Made by a program: the position numbers and the translations under genes. Shown piece after piece: positions 1 through 10,300 of a stretch of 64,000 bases of DNA; the stretch's first letter is position 1, and each line of letters opens with the position of its first letter. This stretch comes from a virus, in the IMG/VR virus record IMGVR_UViG_3300010354_000051, positions 1 through 64,000 of that record; one strand, written 5' to 3'. The notes under the pieces are model-generated. The model was not told where the DNA came from, made no database searches, and worked only from the letters and a program-made list of their open reading frames with translations.

Positions 1-105
1 AGGAGTTTTTTTTATCCAAAAGATTTTCTCCCGACACCTTCTTTTTTTTGGGAATTGGGGCAGGGGGGGGGGGTTTGAGGGGGGCTTAAAAAAAAAAAAA
101 AAAAA

Positions 106-122
106 GGCTGCGGTTAGCAGCC
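106..122 (-). terminator. Rho-independent terminator after the AAA ATPase gene
   Basis: Stem GGCTGC/GCAGCC with a 5-nt loop, followed on the minus strand by a long T run. It lies 8 nt past the stop at 131. The adjacent homopolymers may be low-quality sequence. Confidence 0.6.
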
Positions 123-130
123 TTGTTGTT

Positions 131-1147
131 TCAAGCAGACACTCCTTGGAGCAAGTCTTGATACTTAGGCCCGAACTGTTTGGTGACAGGATCGCTGACG
201 AGCAGTTCGACAAACTTGCCTCGGAAACCCTTTGCGTTGACAGCGACCAGGGCGTCGGACATGAACACACCGCAGTAGTCTTCAGTCGTGGCGCCGAGAA
301 GCCACTTCAGCGAGTTGAAGAAGTTTTCCGGAGTTTGAGAACGGCTGACCAGAGAACCAGTGATGGCGTACAGGAGGCTGGGCTCTTTCGGTGCTTTGAC
401 GCTCTTGTCACCCTGAAGGATCTTGTCAACATCGGGCAGACGGCTGTAGAGACGCTTGAACGAGTTGAATTCGGAAGCGGCGCCTTCGCCCACAGCAGCT
501 TCGACCCCCAGGCCAATGTCCAGAAGCTCCGATGCCATTTCCCAGGTACGGGGGCTGGGCCAGGCAATAGCGTTCTTGCTGAAGTTGTGGAGGAGGTTCG
601 GCTTGAAGTTCATGAAAGAGATAATCTCTTCCCGAATGCCATTGGTGATGGCATAGCTCTTCCAGGACACGAGGTCGACTTCAACGGTCATGTGGTTGAA
701 GCGGTTGGTCAGAGGAGCGGGCATCTGGTTGACCGCAGCACGGTCCTCGACTCGGTTACCAGCCGAGACAATGAACCAGGAGTCAGGGACAACATAGTCA
801 CCAACCCGTCTGTCCAGGACCAACTGCATTGCGACGTTCTGGATGGCCGGAGCTGCCAGGTTGATCTCGTCCAGGAACAGGATGCCCGAGCCGCTTTGGG
901 GCAGGAAGGAGGGGGGAGCGAAGCGGGCCACACCATTCTCAACAAAGGGCAGACCGCGAATATCTGTCGGAGCGAGCTGGCTCAGGCGAAGGTCGATGAC
1001 CTCCATTTTGTGTTTTTTGGCCACTTGGTTGACAATACTCGACTTGCCAATTCCAGGGGCGCCCCACATCATAAGGCTGCGCTTATTGCCCGAAGCGATG
1101 ATCTTGTCCAGGACTTTTTCGGACTCGGAAACAGAAAGCGTATACAT
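131..1147 (-). CDS. MoxR-like AAA+ ATPase
   Basis: Walker A GAPGIGKS, Walker B ILFLDEIN, and motifs AGNRVED and PLTNRF. The ATG at 1147 (MYTLSV) is preferred to the track start at 1183. Confidence 0.85.
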   Translation of the reverse strand: MYTLSVSESEKVLDKIIASGNKRSLMMWGAPGIGKSSIVNQVAKKHKMEVIDLRLSQLAPTDIRGLPFVENGVARFAPPSFLPQSGSGILFLDEINLAAPAIQNVAMQLVLDRRVGDYVVPDSWFIVSAGNRVEDRAAVNQMPAPLTNRFNHMTVEVDLVSWKSYAITNGIREEIISFMNFKPNLLHNFSKNAIAWPSPRTWEMASELLDIGLGVEAAVGEGAASEFNSFKRLYSRLPDVDKILQGDKSVKAPKEPSLLYAITGSLVSRSQTPENFFNSLKWLLGATTEDYCGVFMSDALVAVNAKGFRGKFVELLVSDPVTKQFGPKYQDLLQGVSA

Positions 1148-1196
1148 GGAGAAGGGTGGTCCGGTTTCGTGGGACAGAACCACCCTAGCACACTGA

Positions 1197-1580
1197 TCAG
1201 TCGATGGCTACCTGAGTCACATCTCGTTTTGTGTCAAGGCGGATGGTCAGCATGCCATTCTCCATCTTAGCAGACGAGACTCGGCTTGTCTGGCCGACCA
1301 CAAACCGCATCCGGAAAGGGGAGACCAGGGCCGAGCTGACCGTGTATTTCCCTTTGTTCGGGGACTCATATTCACTAGATACGGTCATAATCCCGTTCTC
1401 CACCGTAACACTAACGTCGTTTTTGGTAAGTCCGGGTAGACCGATCTCGTAAATCGTTGCCCCTGATTCATCCTTTCTGCTGTTGTATCGAGGAGATCCT
1501 TCGCCTTCAAGGATGACAGGAACTAAAGAGGCTGCTTTCAAGACAGAGTGGACAAAATCGTTTTGGTTAAGTGTGGCCAT
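1197..1580 (-). CDS. hsp20: Small heat-shock protein (Hsp20 / alpha-crystallin domain)
   Basis: IEIGLPGLTKNDVSVTVENGIMTV and SAKMENGMLTIRL match the alpha-crystallin pattern. Likely start is MATLNQ at 1580 (track gives 1607). Confidence 0.85.
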   Translation of the reverse strand: MATLNQNDFVHSVLKAASLVPVILEGEGSPRYNSRKDESGATIYEIGLPGLTKNDVSVTVENGIMTVSSEYESPNKGKYTVSSALVSPFRMRFVVGQTSRVSSAKMENGMLTIRLDTKRDVTQVAID

Positions 1581-1671
1581 GGTAGTGTTGTAATTTCTAC
1601 ACACCATTATTTCAACACGAAAAGTGGATTTTGTCCATGGAGGACCGAACTAGATTTTGCGGATTACCGAA

Positions 1672-2967
1672 TCAGCCCTTGGTGATAATCAGTCCCCAGC
1701 CCGTCTTATCTCCTTCAACCATCCATCTCTTTTCGAAGTTTTTGAAGCTGTACCGGAGTCTGTAGCCGTTCATCGAACCTAGCATGCCCCCGTTAATCAA
1801 GTCGCAATCACCCCAAGGATCGTTGACAATATAATGTCCGGATTCAAGGTCGATGCCCACAATGACCGACCAATGGCCTCCTCCGGTAGGAGAACTGATT
1901 GGGCCTTTATGTAGATAGCCTGCCGGGACCGGAATCTTCTTCTCGAGTTGGGAGATAACGTCTTGACGGTTTAAGTTGTTTCGGAATACGGCCAGTATAC
2001 CTAAGTCCTTAAGCGCTCGGACCTGGGCTGTAGGGTTTACCGTGTCCCCATACTTAAACACGTATTTTTGCATGTATAGGTCGTCCGCCCCCCTGTTTCC
2101 ACCTAGACAACCCGGCTTGAGGAATTCGGCGGTCATTGCACAACTAGAACTGAAGCACATCCGGGCTGAGTTATTGGTTGTTGAATCGAGCTGGGTGTAG
2201 TAGGGTACGTTCAGAAGAATTTTTTCACTTGTTGCAGTCTCAGCCGATCCAGGGTTTACGGTTTTCCAGTGCGGGTTGTATACATACCACGTACCTTGGC
2301 TGTTATCCAGGATGACTTTTGTATGGACTCCGTCGTTTACCGAATCGATAACAGTGTAAGAACGCCCCTTAGGCACTTCCACCTTTTCCTTTTCGCCTAA
2401 CTCAAACGACTGAACCGGTCTTTTCTTCAGAATCGTATCTTGCAACGCGACAAATAGTCTTTTCCCACTTCTGAATTTGTCTAGACCGGAAGACCAAAGC
2501 TTACCTTCGGCCTCTCTCCGCCTCTTTAGCCCGGATTCCACACTCGAACCAGGATTGCGGTAGAGAAGCAGAGCGGCCGGAATTTTTTCCCAGTTCTTGT
2601 CTGTCAAAAACCGGCTTATTGTTGTGAAATCGTTGTTGTTGTAGAAACCCGCCCCAAGGTTGTAGGAGAATGACAACAATGCACCGACTTGCTCGTCGGA
2701 CATTTCGGCAAAGTAGGGGATTTTTGCCACTCCAGGCATGTAAACCAGCTCTAGATCATGTAGCAGGAGCGATTCTGCTTCGGCTAGAGTGATTTTTTCA
2801 CCAGGACTGATCGCTGAACCATCTAGTTTTCTAGTGCTGCCCCAGCCTATTGTCCAGGGCTTACCACCTGTCAGCGGATCGGGGTATGAGGTTAATTCAC
2901 ACCCCTCGAACTGTTTGATTAGAGTTATGGCACAGGCCGGAACTGGCCTATTCTTCGCTGTCGTCAT
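1672..2967 (-). CDS. Endolysin: GH24 lysozyme plus C-terminal peptidase C39-like domain
   Basis: N-terminal LIKQFEGCELTSYPDP..WTIGWGST and GLKRRREAE. C-terminal LNVPYYTQ..MCFSSSCAM, GGGHWSVIVG and IVNDPWG (Cys-His-Asp). Confidence 0.85.
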   Translation of the reverse strand: MTTAKNRPVPACAITLIKQFEGCELTSYPDPLTGGKPWTIGWGSTRKLDGSAISPGEKITLAEAESLLLHDLELVYMPGVAKIPYFAEMSDEQVGALLSFSYNLGAGFYNNNDFTTISRFLTDKNWEKIPAALLLYRNPGSSVESGLKRRREAEGKLWSSGLDKFRSGKRLFVALQDTILKKRPVQSFELGEKEKVEVPKGRSYTVIDSVNDGVHTKVILDNSQGTWYVYNPHWKTVNPGSAETATSEKILLNVPYYTQLDSTTNNSARMCFSSSCAMTAEFLKPGCLGGNRGADDLYMQKYVFKYGDTVNPTAQVRALKDLGILAVFRNNLNRQDVISQLEKKIPVPAGYLHKGPISSPTGGGHWSVIVGIDLESGHYIVNDPWGDCDLINGGMLGSMNGYRLRYSFKNFEKRWMVEGDKTGWGLIITKG

Positions 2968-3268
2968 CGTCTAGTGAGGGTGGATAAGACTGAGCCTTAA
3001 ACAACACCCCGATAACCTCGTCTTTGCCATCTATCTCTGCTACTTCTGGGTGGTCAGGGCTAGATTCCATGAGTTTCCTCAATTCGTCCGGGATTTCGGG
3101 TGTGCTTCGGCTGGATCTTTTCGCCCCTAGCGCACTCTGTAGAGCGGCTTGAGTGGCAGACATTCTAATTCCATGTTCCTGAAGTTTCATTAGCAGGGAG
3201 GAAAATGCGGCGAAAAGGCCTAAGCCCCAGCTACCGAAAGTGAACAGGTAAAGCAGAGTCGTAACCAT
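2948..3268 (-). CDS. Small membrane protein upstream of the endolysin (holin candidate)
   Basis: One N-terminal hydrophobic segment and an acidic tail. It overlaps the endolysin start by 20 nt. Confidence 0.45.
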   Translation of the reverse strand: MVTTLLYLFTFGSWGLGLFAAFSSLLMKLQEHGIRMSATQAALQSALGAKRSSRSTPEIPDELRKLMESSPDHPEVAEIDGKDEVIGVLFKAQSYPPSLDDDDSEE

Positions 3269-3308
3269 GGCGAAAAGAGATTTTCCTTTTTCACTCTAGC
3301 AAGAAAAT

Positions 3309-3596
3309 TTAATCCCGTCTTGAGTGAGTTCCCGAGCATTTCCATTTAGCTCGGGAGAGGCAAAGCGGGGTATTTTTATCTTTTCCGTTACAGTCATAGT
3401 CGTATTGTTTACGCTGTCCTTCTGACCGAGTACAGTATCTATCTCCTTTATCTGTACCGGGGGCGATCGAGTAACCTTTCGCCCCATACCGTACTTTTTT
3501 CTCTCGACCGGTGTCAGGATTAGTAACAGTTTTCACGTATTTCTTTTCGCTGAACTCCGGGTCGACCGACCAGCCTTCTGGAACGATTAAACTCAC
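3309..3596 (-). CDS. Small basic Cys-containing phage protein with an N-terminal VPEGWSV tag
   Basis: GTG start overlapping the stop of the upstream gene. [23 protein letters not shown] resembles a common uncharacterised phage family. Confidence 0.65.
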   Translation of the reverse strand: MSLIVPEGWSVDPEFSEKKYVKTVTNPDTGREKKVRYGAKGYSIAPGTDKGDRYCTRSEGQRKQYDYDCNGKDKNTPLCLSRAKWKCSGTHSRRD

Positions 3597-4204
3597 GGGG
3601 CTAGCTCTCCTGCAAGCATGTGGGATTTATCCTGATCGCCAGACCGGTGAGATTTTCTGCTTATCTCCGGACCTACTGTCCAGCCTTCCGGTACTTTCAT
3701 ACCGACTACTTCACTGTGATCAGCCGAGGCTTTTTTCTTGACACAGTTAGGGACTTGTCTACCGGATTTTTCCTTCGTCCCTACCATTTCATACCCTTTC
3801 CAGCAAGGATCAGGACCTTCCATGTGTTCGGCGAACATGGCATCTTTGTCCGAACCGGGGTGTTGAAGGTATTCGGCAATGGTGTTCAGATAATCTGAAG
3901 CCAGGGTTAGCTTGCCCTGAACCCACTCAGGCAAGTCGGATGATTCGTTAATGAGAGAGTCGATAAGTAGGGCGTTTCTAGCGGCCGAGCGAAGGTCGCC
4001 CTGAGACATTGCTCCCTCTTCCTCCTCCTCTTCTTCGCAATGGCAACTAGTTTCTTCTTCTTCCTCTTCCGAGTCATCATAATCAGACTTGCCGGCTTCT
4101 TTTAAAGCAATTGCAATTGCTTGTTTTTGAGGATGGCCTTCATCGATTAGTTTGCTGATGTTGTCGGAAATAGTTTCATCCGAGCTTCCTTGTTTCAGTG
4201 GCAT
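3593..4204 (-). CDS. Mosaic hypothetical phage protein (possible head-associated protein)
   Basis: Modules [31 protein letters not shown] and [16 protein letters not shown], separated by poly-Glu runs. Contains VPEGWTV. Confidence 0.7.
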   Translation of the reverse strand: MPLKQGSSDETISDNISKLIDEGHPQKQAIAIALKEAGKSDYDDSEEEEEETSCHCEEEEEEEGAMSQGDLRSAARNALLIDSLINESSDLPEWVQGKLTLASDYLNTIAEYLQHPGSDKDAMFAEHMEGPDPCWKGYEMVGTKEKSGRQVPNCVKKKASADHSEVVGMKVPEGWTVGPEISRKSHRSGDQDKSHMLAGELAP

Positions 4205-6177
4205 GAGATTTTAGAGCGGATAGATTGGGCGAATTCGCCATAGGATAGTCCGGCAAACTCAGATGAGTTTGAGACTTTTTTGGGCGCGAAAGAGTTTGAG
4301 CCAAACCCTTTACCTGTTCGAGGCTGGTATTTGGGGTTATCGGGATTTCTCTCCTTGCGGAAAAGACTGCCGCTCGGAGCTTCGGTCCTAGGTGTTTCTT
4401 CAATTGGCTTTCCCCGAAACTTCTCATACTGATCTGGTTTTTCCTCCAGAGGGTTGTCGCTTTGGCCTGTTCTAAACCCTGTTTTGCCAAACAGCGATCT
4501 TTGAACCATCTCAACCGCTTCCTGCGGGCTCGATGCTTGTTTTATTTGATTGGTCAGGTCTTGTACTTGTTTAGGGCCGGGGGTGAAACCCTCTACGTCT
4601 TGTCTTTTAGGCTGGGCGGGAATGTTCAAACCACTTCTGCTTTTTCTCTTAGTAGGAGTAGGCTTTTCAGTTTGAATTTGCTCTATTAGCTGGGGCAGGA
4701 GATTCTCCTCAATGAATTTCTGCTTTTGCTCATCCTCTTTAGCCCAGGGAGAATTAGCCATTCTCTTGAGCATATTGTTTACTTTTTGGGTCGCTTCCAG
4801 CTCTCTTTCGCCTCTTACTTTGGTGGCCCGGTCTCTAGAAGCCTGACTGCCATATTTTTTAGGCGGGGCTGCCGGCTGGTCAGGTTGTTCGGGCTGAGCC
4901 TGTTCGGGCTGAGATTGCTCCTCTGGTTGCTCGGGCTGGGCCTGTTCTTCTGGCTGTTCGGGCTGGGCCTGTTCTTCTGGCTGCTCAGGCTGGGCTTTTT
5001 CTTCAGGTTCGGGCCGAGTAGAAAGGGGAATATTCAGGCCAAACTTCTTGTTAATTATGGACTTTGCCGTGTCTCTGTCCAAGTCAAATTGCTCGGACAA
5101 CTCGTCGATAGTTTCATCTGCAATAAACGCAATATCGTCTGGGCTCAGATTAACATTTGTAGGTGTTATTTTACCGGCTTTTCTGGCAGCGTCCTGGGCT
5201 CTGTCCAGAGCTGCTTTTTTCTCCTGGTTGAATTTAACTCGGAAAGAGTTAGTAATCTCTTCCGGAGAAGCCTTTTCTTTACCAGTATCCTTACTCACTT
5301 CTTCCTCCTCTTCCTGTTGCGGCTCAGGTTCAGGAGCAGCAGGCTTCTGGCCTGGAGCAGCGGGTTTTTCGACCGGAGCAGCAGGTTTCTGAGCCGGAGC
5401 AGTTTCAGTTTTTCTAGCCTCCTGTTCAGCTTTTCTTCTTTCTATACCCTCATCTCGACTAGCTGCAGCAGCAGATCCGGGCAAAGGCAATGCCTGGCTG
5501 GTCTTCCCTTTCTCCAGCCTCTCCTTTAGCTTAGACGCCAAATCATCCTTGCTTAGCTTACCTCTCTTGTAATCGTCCAGGGTCTGCTGTAGATCGGTTT
5601 TAGGGGCTGGTTTGGGCTTTACATCCTTTTGATTTTTTCCAGTCCCTGGCATTTGTGTCCCGCCACCTCTGCCACCAGGCTCTTTTCTCTGCTGATTTAC
5701 GGATTTACCGGCGGATCCGGTGCTTTTAACCCTGTCTTTTTTACTACTACCCTTACCCGATCCAGGGTTATCATAACCCATTTTACCCATTACTGCATTA
5801 GTAATGGCTGCTGCTTGACTCTGGGTATATCTTCTACCTGGGTTTTCGCTATCAAGATAGGCTCCTACATACCCTAATCTTCTATTCATTAGGCCATTTA
5901 CAGCAGCCCAGAACGCATCTTTAGGAGTAGATCCCTGACTTAATTTTTCAGATATAAATTGCCGTAAGGTTTGCCTACCAGCTACACTTCTTTGATAAAC
6001 TTTTTTACAAGCAGGATCTACCGTACCATCACTAAGTATGCAAGGGTTCTGTGTACGAGTCTGACCTCCGGGAGTAGGCCTACCTTTTCTATTGCCCTTA
6101 CCTCCACCCTGTTTTAGCTTAAAGTCTCCCGCCCCTTCACCTGGCTTGAGCTTTGTTATTTTGGGTTCGGTGGCCAT
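4195..6177 (-). CDS. Large low-complexity charged protein (Lys/Glu/Pro/Gln-rich)
   Basis: 660-aa ORF, translationally coupled to the next gene and preceded by the promoter motif. Carries internal tandem repeats. Confidence 0.75.
   Translation of the reverse strand: MATEPKITKLKPGEGAGDFKLKQGGGKGNRKGRPTPGGQTRTQNPCILSDGTVDPACKKVYQRSVAGRQTLRQFISEKLSQGSTPKDAFWAAVNGLMNRRLGYVGAYLDSENPGRRYTQSQAAAITNAVMGKMGYDNPGSGKGSSKKDRVKSTGSAGKSVNQQRKEPGGRGGGTQMPGTGKNQKDVKPKPAPKTDLQQTLDDYKRGKLSKDDLASKLKERLEKGKTSQALPLPGSAAAASRDEGIERRKAEQEARKTETAPAQKPAAPVEKPAAPGQKPAAPEPEPQQEEEEEVSKDTGKEKASPEEITNSFRVKFNQEKKAALDRAQDAARKAGKITPTNVNLSPDDIAFIADETIDELSEQFDLDRDTAKSIINKKFGLNIPLSTRPEPEEKAQPEQPEEQAQPEQPEEQAQPEQPEEQSQPEQAQPEQPDQPAAPPKKYGSQASRDRATKVRGERELEATQKVNNMLKRMANSPWAKEDEQKQKFIEENLLPQLIEQIQTEKPTPTKRKSRSGLNIPAQPKRQDVEGFTPGPKQVQDLTNQIKQASSPQEAVEMVQRSLFGKTGFRTGQSDNPLEEKPDQYEKFRGKPIEETPRTEAPSGSLFRKERNPDNPKYQPRTGKGFGSNSFAPKKVSNSSEFAGLSYGEFAQSIRSKISCH
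4876..4995 (-). repeat. In-frame 27-bp tandem repeat encoding (PEQPEEQAQ)x3 plus degenerate units
   Basis: Repeat is visible in both DNA and translation. Confidence 0.9.
5333..5398 (-). repeat. In-frame ~21-bp repeat encoding (xxKPAAP)x3
   Basis: [21 protein letters not shown] in the translation. Confidence 0.8.
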
Positions 6178-6196
6178 TACTCTTAACTATTCCTAC

Positions 6197-6352
6197 TTAC
6201 CTTTCAACGCTCCAGCCTTCAGGCACTTCGATATTAAGCTTGCGCTCTTGGCTAGAAAATACCGGTTCGGTAAGGTCGCTAACTTCTTTCTCCTGCTTCA
6301 AGGGTTGAATAATTCCCTCTCCGCCTGCTCTGGCCTGGTCAATGTTCATCAT
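6197..6352 (-). CDS. 51-aa microprotein ending in IEVPEGWSVER (below the ORF-track cut-off)
   Basis: Hand translation: MMNIDQARAGGEGIIQPLKQEKEVSDLTEPVFSSQERKLNIEVPEGWSVER*. It starts 4 nt after the upstream stop and fills the gap. Confidence 0.7.
   Translation of the reverse strand: MMNIDQARAGGEGIIQPLKQEKEVSDLTEPVFSSQERKLNIEVPEGWSVER
6201..6208 (-). promoter_or_regulatory. Candidate late promoter GTTGAAAG-N6-AG
   Basis: 23 nt upstream of the ATG at 6177. Confidence 0.75.
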
Positions 6353-6356
6353 GGTG

Positions 6357-6791
6357 TTAAAGTCCGAGTACGTCATTAATCAGCTCGTCGCTGATTTCTT
6401 TGCCCAGTCCCTCATTGAGCTTGGCAATTGTTCTCTTCTGCTCATTATGGCAGACTTTTGTTATATCGGCCAGCAGTCCTATGACCGATGACCGATCCCA
6501 TTCAGCAATCTCTGCCTTGTCAGACAAAACTTGGAACCGTTCCAGAATCTCCTCAAGAATAACCAGGCTTGTTTCCCTAATCGCTATCCAATCTTCTCTG
6601 GCCTCTTCATCATCTTCCACCTCTTCCTGAAACTTGTGACTTTGTTCTACTACCCGTATTAAATTCTTACCAACATTTGCTATAGACCTCGGGCCTATTT
6701 TCTCTAGCTCTATAGCCTGAAGCTGGGTAATTATCATACCTCGGGTATCTTTCCCAAACTGGCTGAAATCTCGGACGGTGGAAAGCTTCAT
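6357..6791 (-). CDS. Hypothetical helical protein
   Basis: 144-aa ORF co-oriented with its neighbours, with the promoter motif upstream. Confidence 0.7.
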   Translation of the reverse strand: MKLSTVRDFSQFGKDTRGMIITQLQAIELEKIGPRSIANVGKNLIRVVEQSHKFQEEVEDDEEAREDWIAIRETSLVILEEILERFQVLSDKAEIAEWDRSSVIGLLADITKVCHNEQKRTIAKLNEGLGKEISDELINDVLGL

Positions 6792-6800
6792 GATTTAAGG

Positions 6801-6808
6801 CTTTCAAC
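6801..6808 (-). promoter_or_regulatory. Candidate late promoter GTTGAAAG
   Basis: 9 nt upstream of the ATG at 6791. It has A at +7 but not G at +8. Confidence 0.6.
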
Positions 6809-7325
6809 GGAAACTGTACGAAACAAGGACGTTTTCACCACCTTCTACAGAATAAGTCGCGTAGATATAGCATGTCCCGTCTTCTCCCAGGCGAAGAGAT
6901 ACAGCTAAACGGTCTGTGGATAGGTATGGTATGGCAGTCAACAGTTGCCGTTTTATCGACTGGGCTTCGGCATCTTCACTTATCGTCTCAAACAGCAACT
7001 CTTTTACACCAAAGAAAGGCTGACCGACCCTTTCCCCTATCCTTGTCTCAAACACTTCCTTTATGGCTTGTCCTATTCTGTCATACCCTGATGACGTTTT
7101 TAAACCACCTTGTCCGTCAAGCTCAATCGGATAAGATAACCCTCTTAACGTGCTCGATCCAAGAGAAGACGGAGTAGACAGCTTATCAAAGGCAATTTTT
7201 GGAGCGGTTCTGTTACGGTTCAATTGTTCGCTATTGGCCCGATCCCTCAGGGCGAAATTATTCTTGATGCGGGATAGTTCGACCGAGTCGATTCGGTTAG
7301 GATAGTCCAGGTTATCTAGTGACAT
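6804..7325 (-). CDS. Baseplate wedge subunit, gp25/GPW family
   Basis: GLSYPIEL..RIGQAIKEVFETRIGERV.QPFFG..LLFE pattern; lies next to the tape measure gene. Confidence 0.8.
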   Translation of the reverse strand: MSLDNLDYPNRIDSVELSRIKNNFALRDRANSEQLNRNRTAPKIAFDKLSTPSSLGSSTLRGLSYPIELDGQGGLKTSSGYDRIGQAIKEVFETRIGERVGQPFFGVKELLFETISEDAEAQSIKRQLLTAIPYLSTDRLAVSLRLGEDGTCYIYATYSVEGGENVLVSYSFR

Positions 7326-7327
7326 GA

Positions 7328-10300
7328 TTAGGCGTTCTTAGGTCGTAGGATCTTGGCTGACTGGCTTTCTTTCCAAGCCTGGTCAATGATTTGAATGACG
7401 GGTTGTTTGAGTGCTTTGACTATTTCATCCGGGTTGCTGGTCAGAGCTTGGTAATTGAGGTTTAGGTAAAAGGAGATCTGGGCTGGCGCCGTCCCTTGTG
7501 CTGGTTGAGAATTTTTTATGTTCTGGCTGACCAAGGTTGACAAAGTTGCAAACCCGTTGCTCGGGATGACGAATTCGCCATCGTTTACCACCATAGGCCT
7601 TCTTCCGCTCATTCTGGCTTCTAGGCCCAGGGCCGGTCCGGCGAAGTTCTTACCTTCGTTAAAGTGGGGGAGCTGGAATTTGGACAGGGATGATAGCAGG
7701 CCGGATATTCCGTTTACTCCGGGAATTGACCGAATTGTGTTTATCGTTCCTTCTATTAGACCTCTGAACAATCCGACTATTCCTTTTCCGAAAGATTCTG
7801 CGGTTCTTGCAAATCCTGAGCCAAGGTCGGACAGAAACTTACCTATCGAATCTCGGATACCTTTATCCATCAAGAGCGTTGCTGCGCTGAAAACTGCACC
7901 AATTCCCGCCCCAATTAAAGCTCCTTGCGGGCCAAAAGCCATACCCATGCCCGCACCTTGCAACGCTCCGTTCGCCAGTGATCCGAGCGCTCCCATTCCC
8001 CCGCCACTTTCTTGTGCGGCGTCAGACGCTTGAGATAGTGAGTTTATAGCAAACGTCGAGGCTATAGACCCGGCTGCCCAACGTCCTGCTCCTGGGCGTC
8101 TTATCGCACGACTCAACCTCCCCATTAGACCGTATCTTCTTCTATACCTTTCTAATACCTTGGAGTATCTGGAAGAAGCAACTCTATCGGCTACGGAAAA
8201 TCCGTGAATTTCATTATCTGGGAAGTTTATTTCATTTGCATTATTCACTAAGTCTAAGTAACTCTTTTGACCGCCTCTTTGTTGATATAACTTATCTCCG
8301 AATCCTTTGATCAGAGATCTATTTCTTTGCCTAATGGCTCTATCTGCTGTAATTCTTCTTTGGTTATTCTCCATTTCTTTTTTCGCATTTATTTTATCCA
8401 TGGCTTCTTTTGCATACAGATCAAACAACTCAGAGTCAGTTAAAGGCTTAAACATGGTTGTTTGACGGTTGATAACACTTGATCCCCTATACCCCGAAAG
8501 ATTAAACATTGAGGTTTGTTGATTTATAGGCCCGTATCTGTTCTGGAATAGAGTAGAGCTAGGGGCAGTATATGGCCCGATACCTGCCAATACTGAGGAC
8601 CTGGCGTTAATAACACCTAGGCGTGTATGGGGTGCTATAGGAGGATCTGTAGGCATTGTATACCCGGTGAAGGTTGGAGCAGCAGGTCTTCTTTCGCGTT
8701 CTCTGCTCAAATATTGTCTAAACCGGCCTACAAAATTAGTTACGGGAGAGAAATCGTCGTCCAGAAATAAGTCCCTTCCAATCCTTTCCTCTGCACCAGC
8801 CACTCTACGCATCGCCCCTCTATAAGTTTGAGACCGTCCTCTGCTCGTTCCAAACCTCGCCCCTAGTTTGGCAATACCGAACAACGCTGCCGGGCCTAGT
8901 AATGACCCAGCACCCATAGCTAACGCACTAAACATATTCCCTCCTCCACCAGTCACATCACCTACCGCACTAGCTCTGGCAAGCGGACCGATTCCGGGGA
9001 CAAAGCCGAGTATGAATTTGACAACTTTACCCCCTACCGTGCCAAACGCCTCGGTCAATATGCTGTTTATCCCTTTGTTAACCTCAGGCAAAATTGCTGT
9101 GACAATTGTCGGTACTTTGTCAATCAGAGTCATCAACAACTCTTTAATCACAACAACAGTCGTCTTGCCTACTTCCGTGGCTAGCGTGCCTATAATTCCG
9201 GCAGAGAAATCCGTGGCTTCAGTCTCATCCCAATCTCTGATCTTTTCACCAAACGATTTAATGTATTGGCGAACAGACTCGCCCACACTCACAATATCCT
9301 CTTTGATCTGGGCCGAGCTGAACCCTCCCGATACTACTTCGTTAATCGCCTTAGAAAAAGTTTCGAATATATTCTTGCCAATATTGACCACTCTATCAAA
9401 AACATCCTTCACCCCGCCTAGAAAAGACAAGAATCCTTCACTTCTGAAGAATTTGGCCAACTCACCAAACTTTTTAGTTACAAACTGAACCGCATCGATG
9501 AATGGCCTTAGCGGATCTCCTACCTTAAAAACTTCAGATATGCTCTTGAATAGGGCTCGGAAAGCCCCATTAGGCCCAAACACTTTATCAGTTAGTTTAT
9601 ATACCTCGTCAAAAATAGTCGTTGACTTACCAGTCCGGTCAATAACTTTTCTTAAAGCTCCAAATACACCTTTTTCCGTATTGAATAACTGAGTGTTCAG
9701 ATCTTCGAGGATAATCCGGTATCCGTAAGTCTGCTTAGCCATATCTCTAAGCTGCTTCTGGACTTCCTTATCTCCTACAATCTGGGCCAGGATCTCACTA
9801 CGGGCTTTAGGATCGTAGATCGTGGTCTGACCACCAGACCTTTTCATGATCTCTGAGCCTAAGAACTGAGCAAGCGGATTATCCGAATTGATCATGTCCC
9901 GGCCCATAGCCTGGCCGGACAAGAATTGTCGAGCTATACCAGCAAAATTATCGCCAAGGCCGGCCCTTCTCGCATCGCGTTGAAACGCCATCATACCCTT
10001 GGTCAACTGATCCTTAAGATCGGTACTTATTCTCGTGCTGATGAATGGCGTGGCCGAGATGACTTTTTGCACATCTTTCATTGTCCCGCCAGCTCTTACT
10101 GCCAGAGAGTTCAATGCAGTGCCTATATCCCTGTTGATGGCCAGGGCAGATTCGGCTGCAAACCCTTTGAAGGTTTGGGTTAGAAGCGAAGCTTGGTTTT
10201 GAGCAGATCGCAGCGATGCCGCGCTGGCTAGTCCCTGCTCGCCAATCGACTTTTGAAATTCCCGGTTAATTTGGCCCAGGGCATTCCGAACCACATCAAG

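Noticed and set aside
1-105. Run of long homopolymers (T8, G-runs, A-run) at the window start
   Set aside because: Looks like low-quality contig-end sequence rather than a biological repeat. Only the adjacent terminator hairpin was kept.
146-1270. 374-aa plus-strand ORF
   Set aside because: Antisense shadow of the MoxR ATPase with no recognisable motifs.
3296-3487. 63-aa minus-strand ORF overlapping 3309-3596
   Set aside because: Alternative frame inside a better-supported, coupled gene.
4176-5529. ORFs 4176-4514 (-) and 4726-5529 (+)
   Set aside because: Alternative-frame and antisense products of the low-complexity repeat gene; the Leu/Phe/Gly periodicity mirrors the PEQ repeat.
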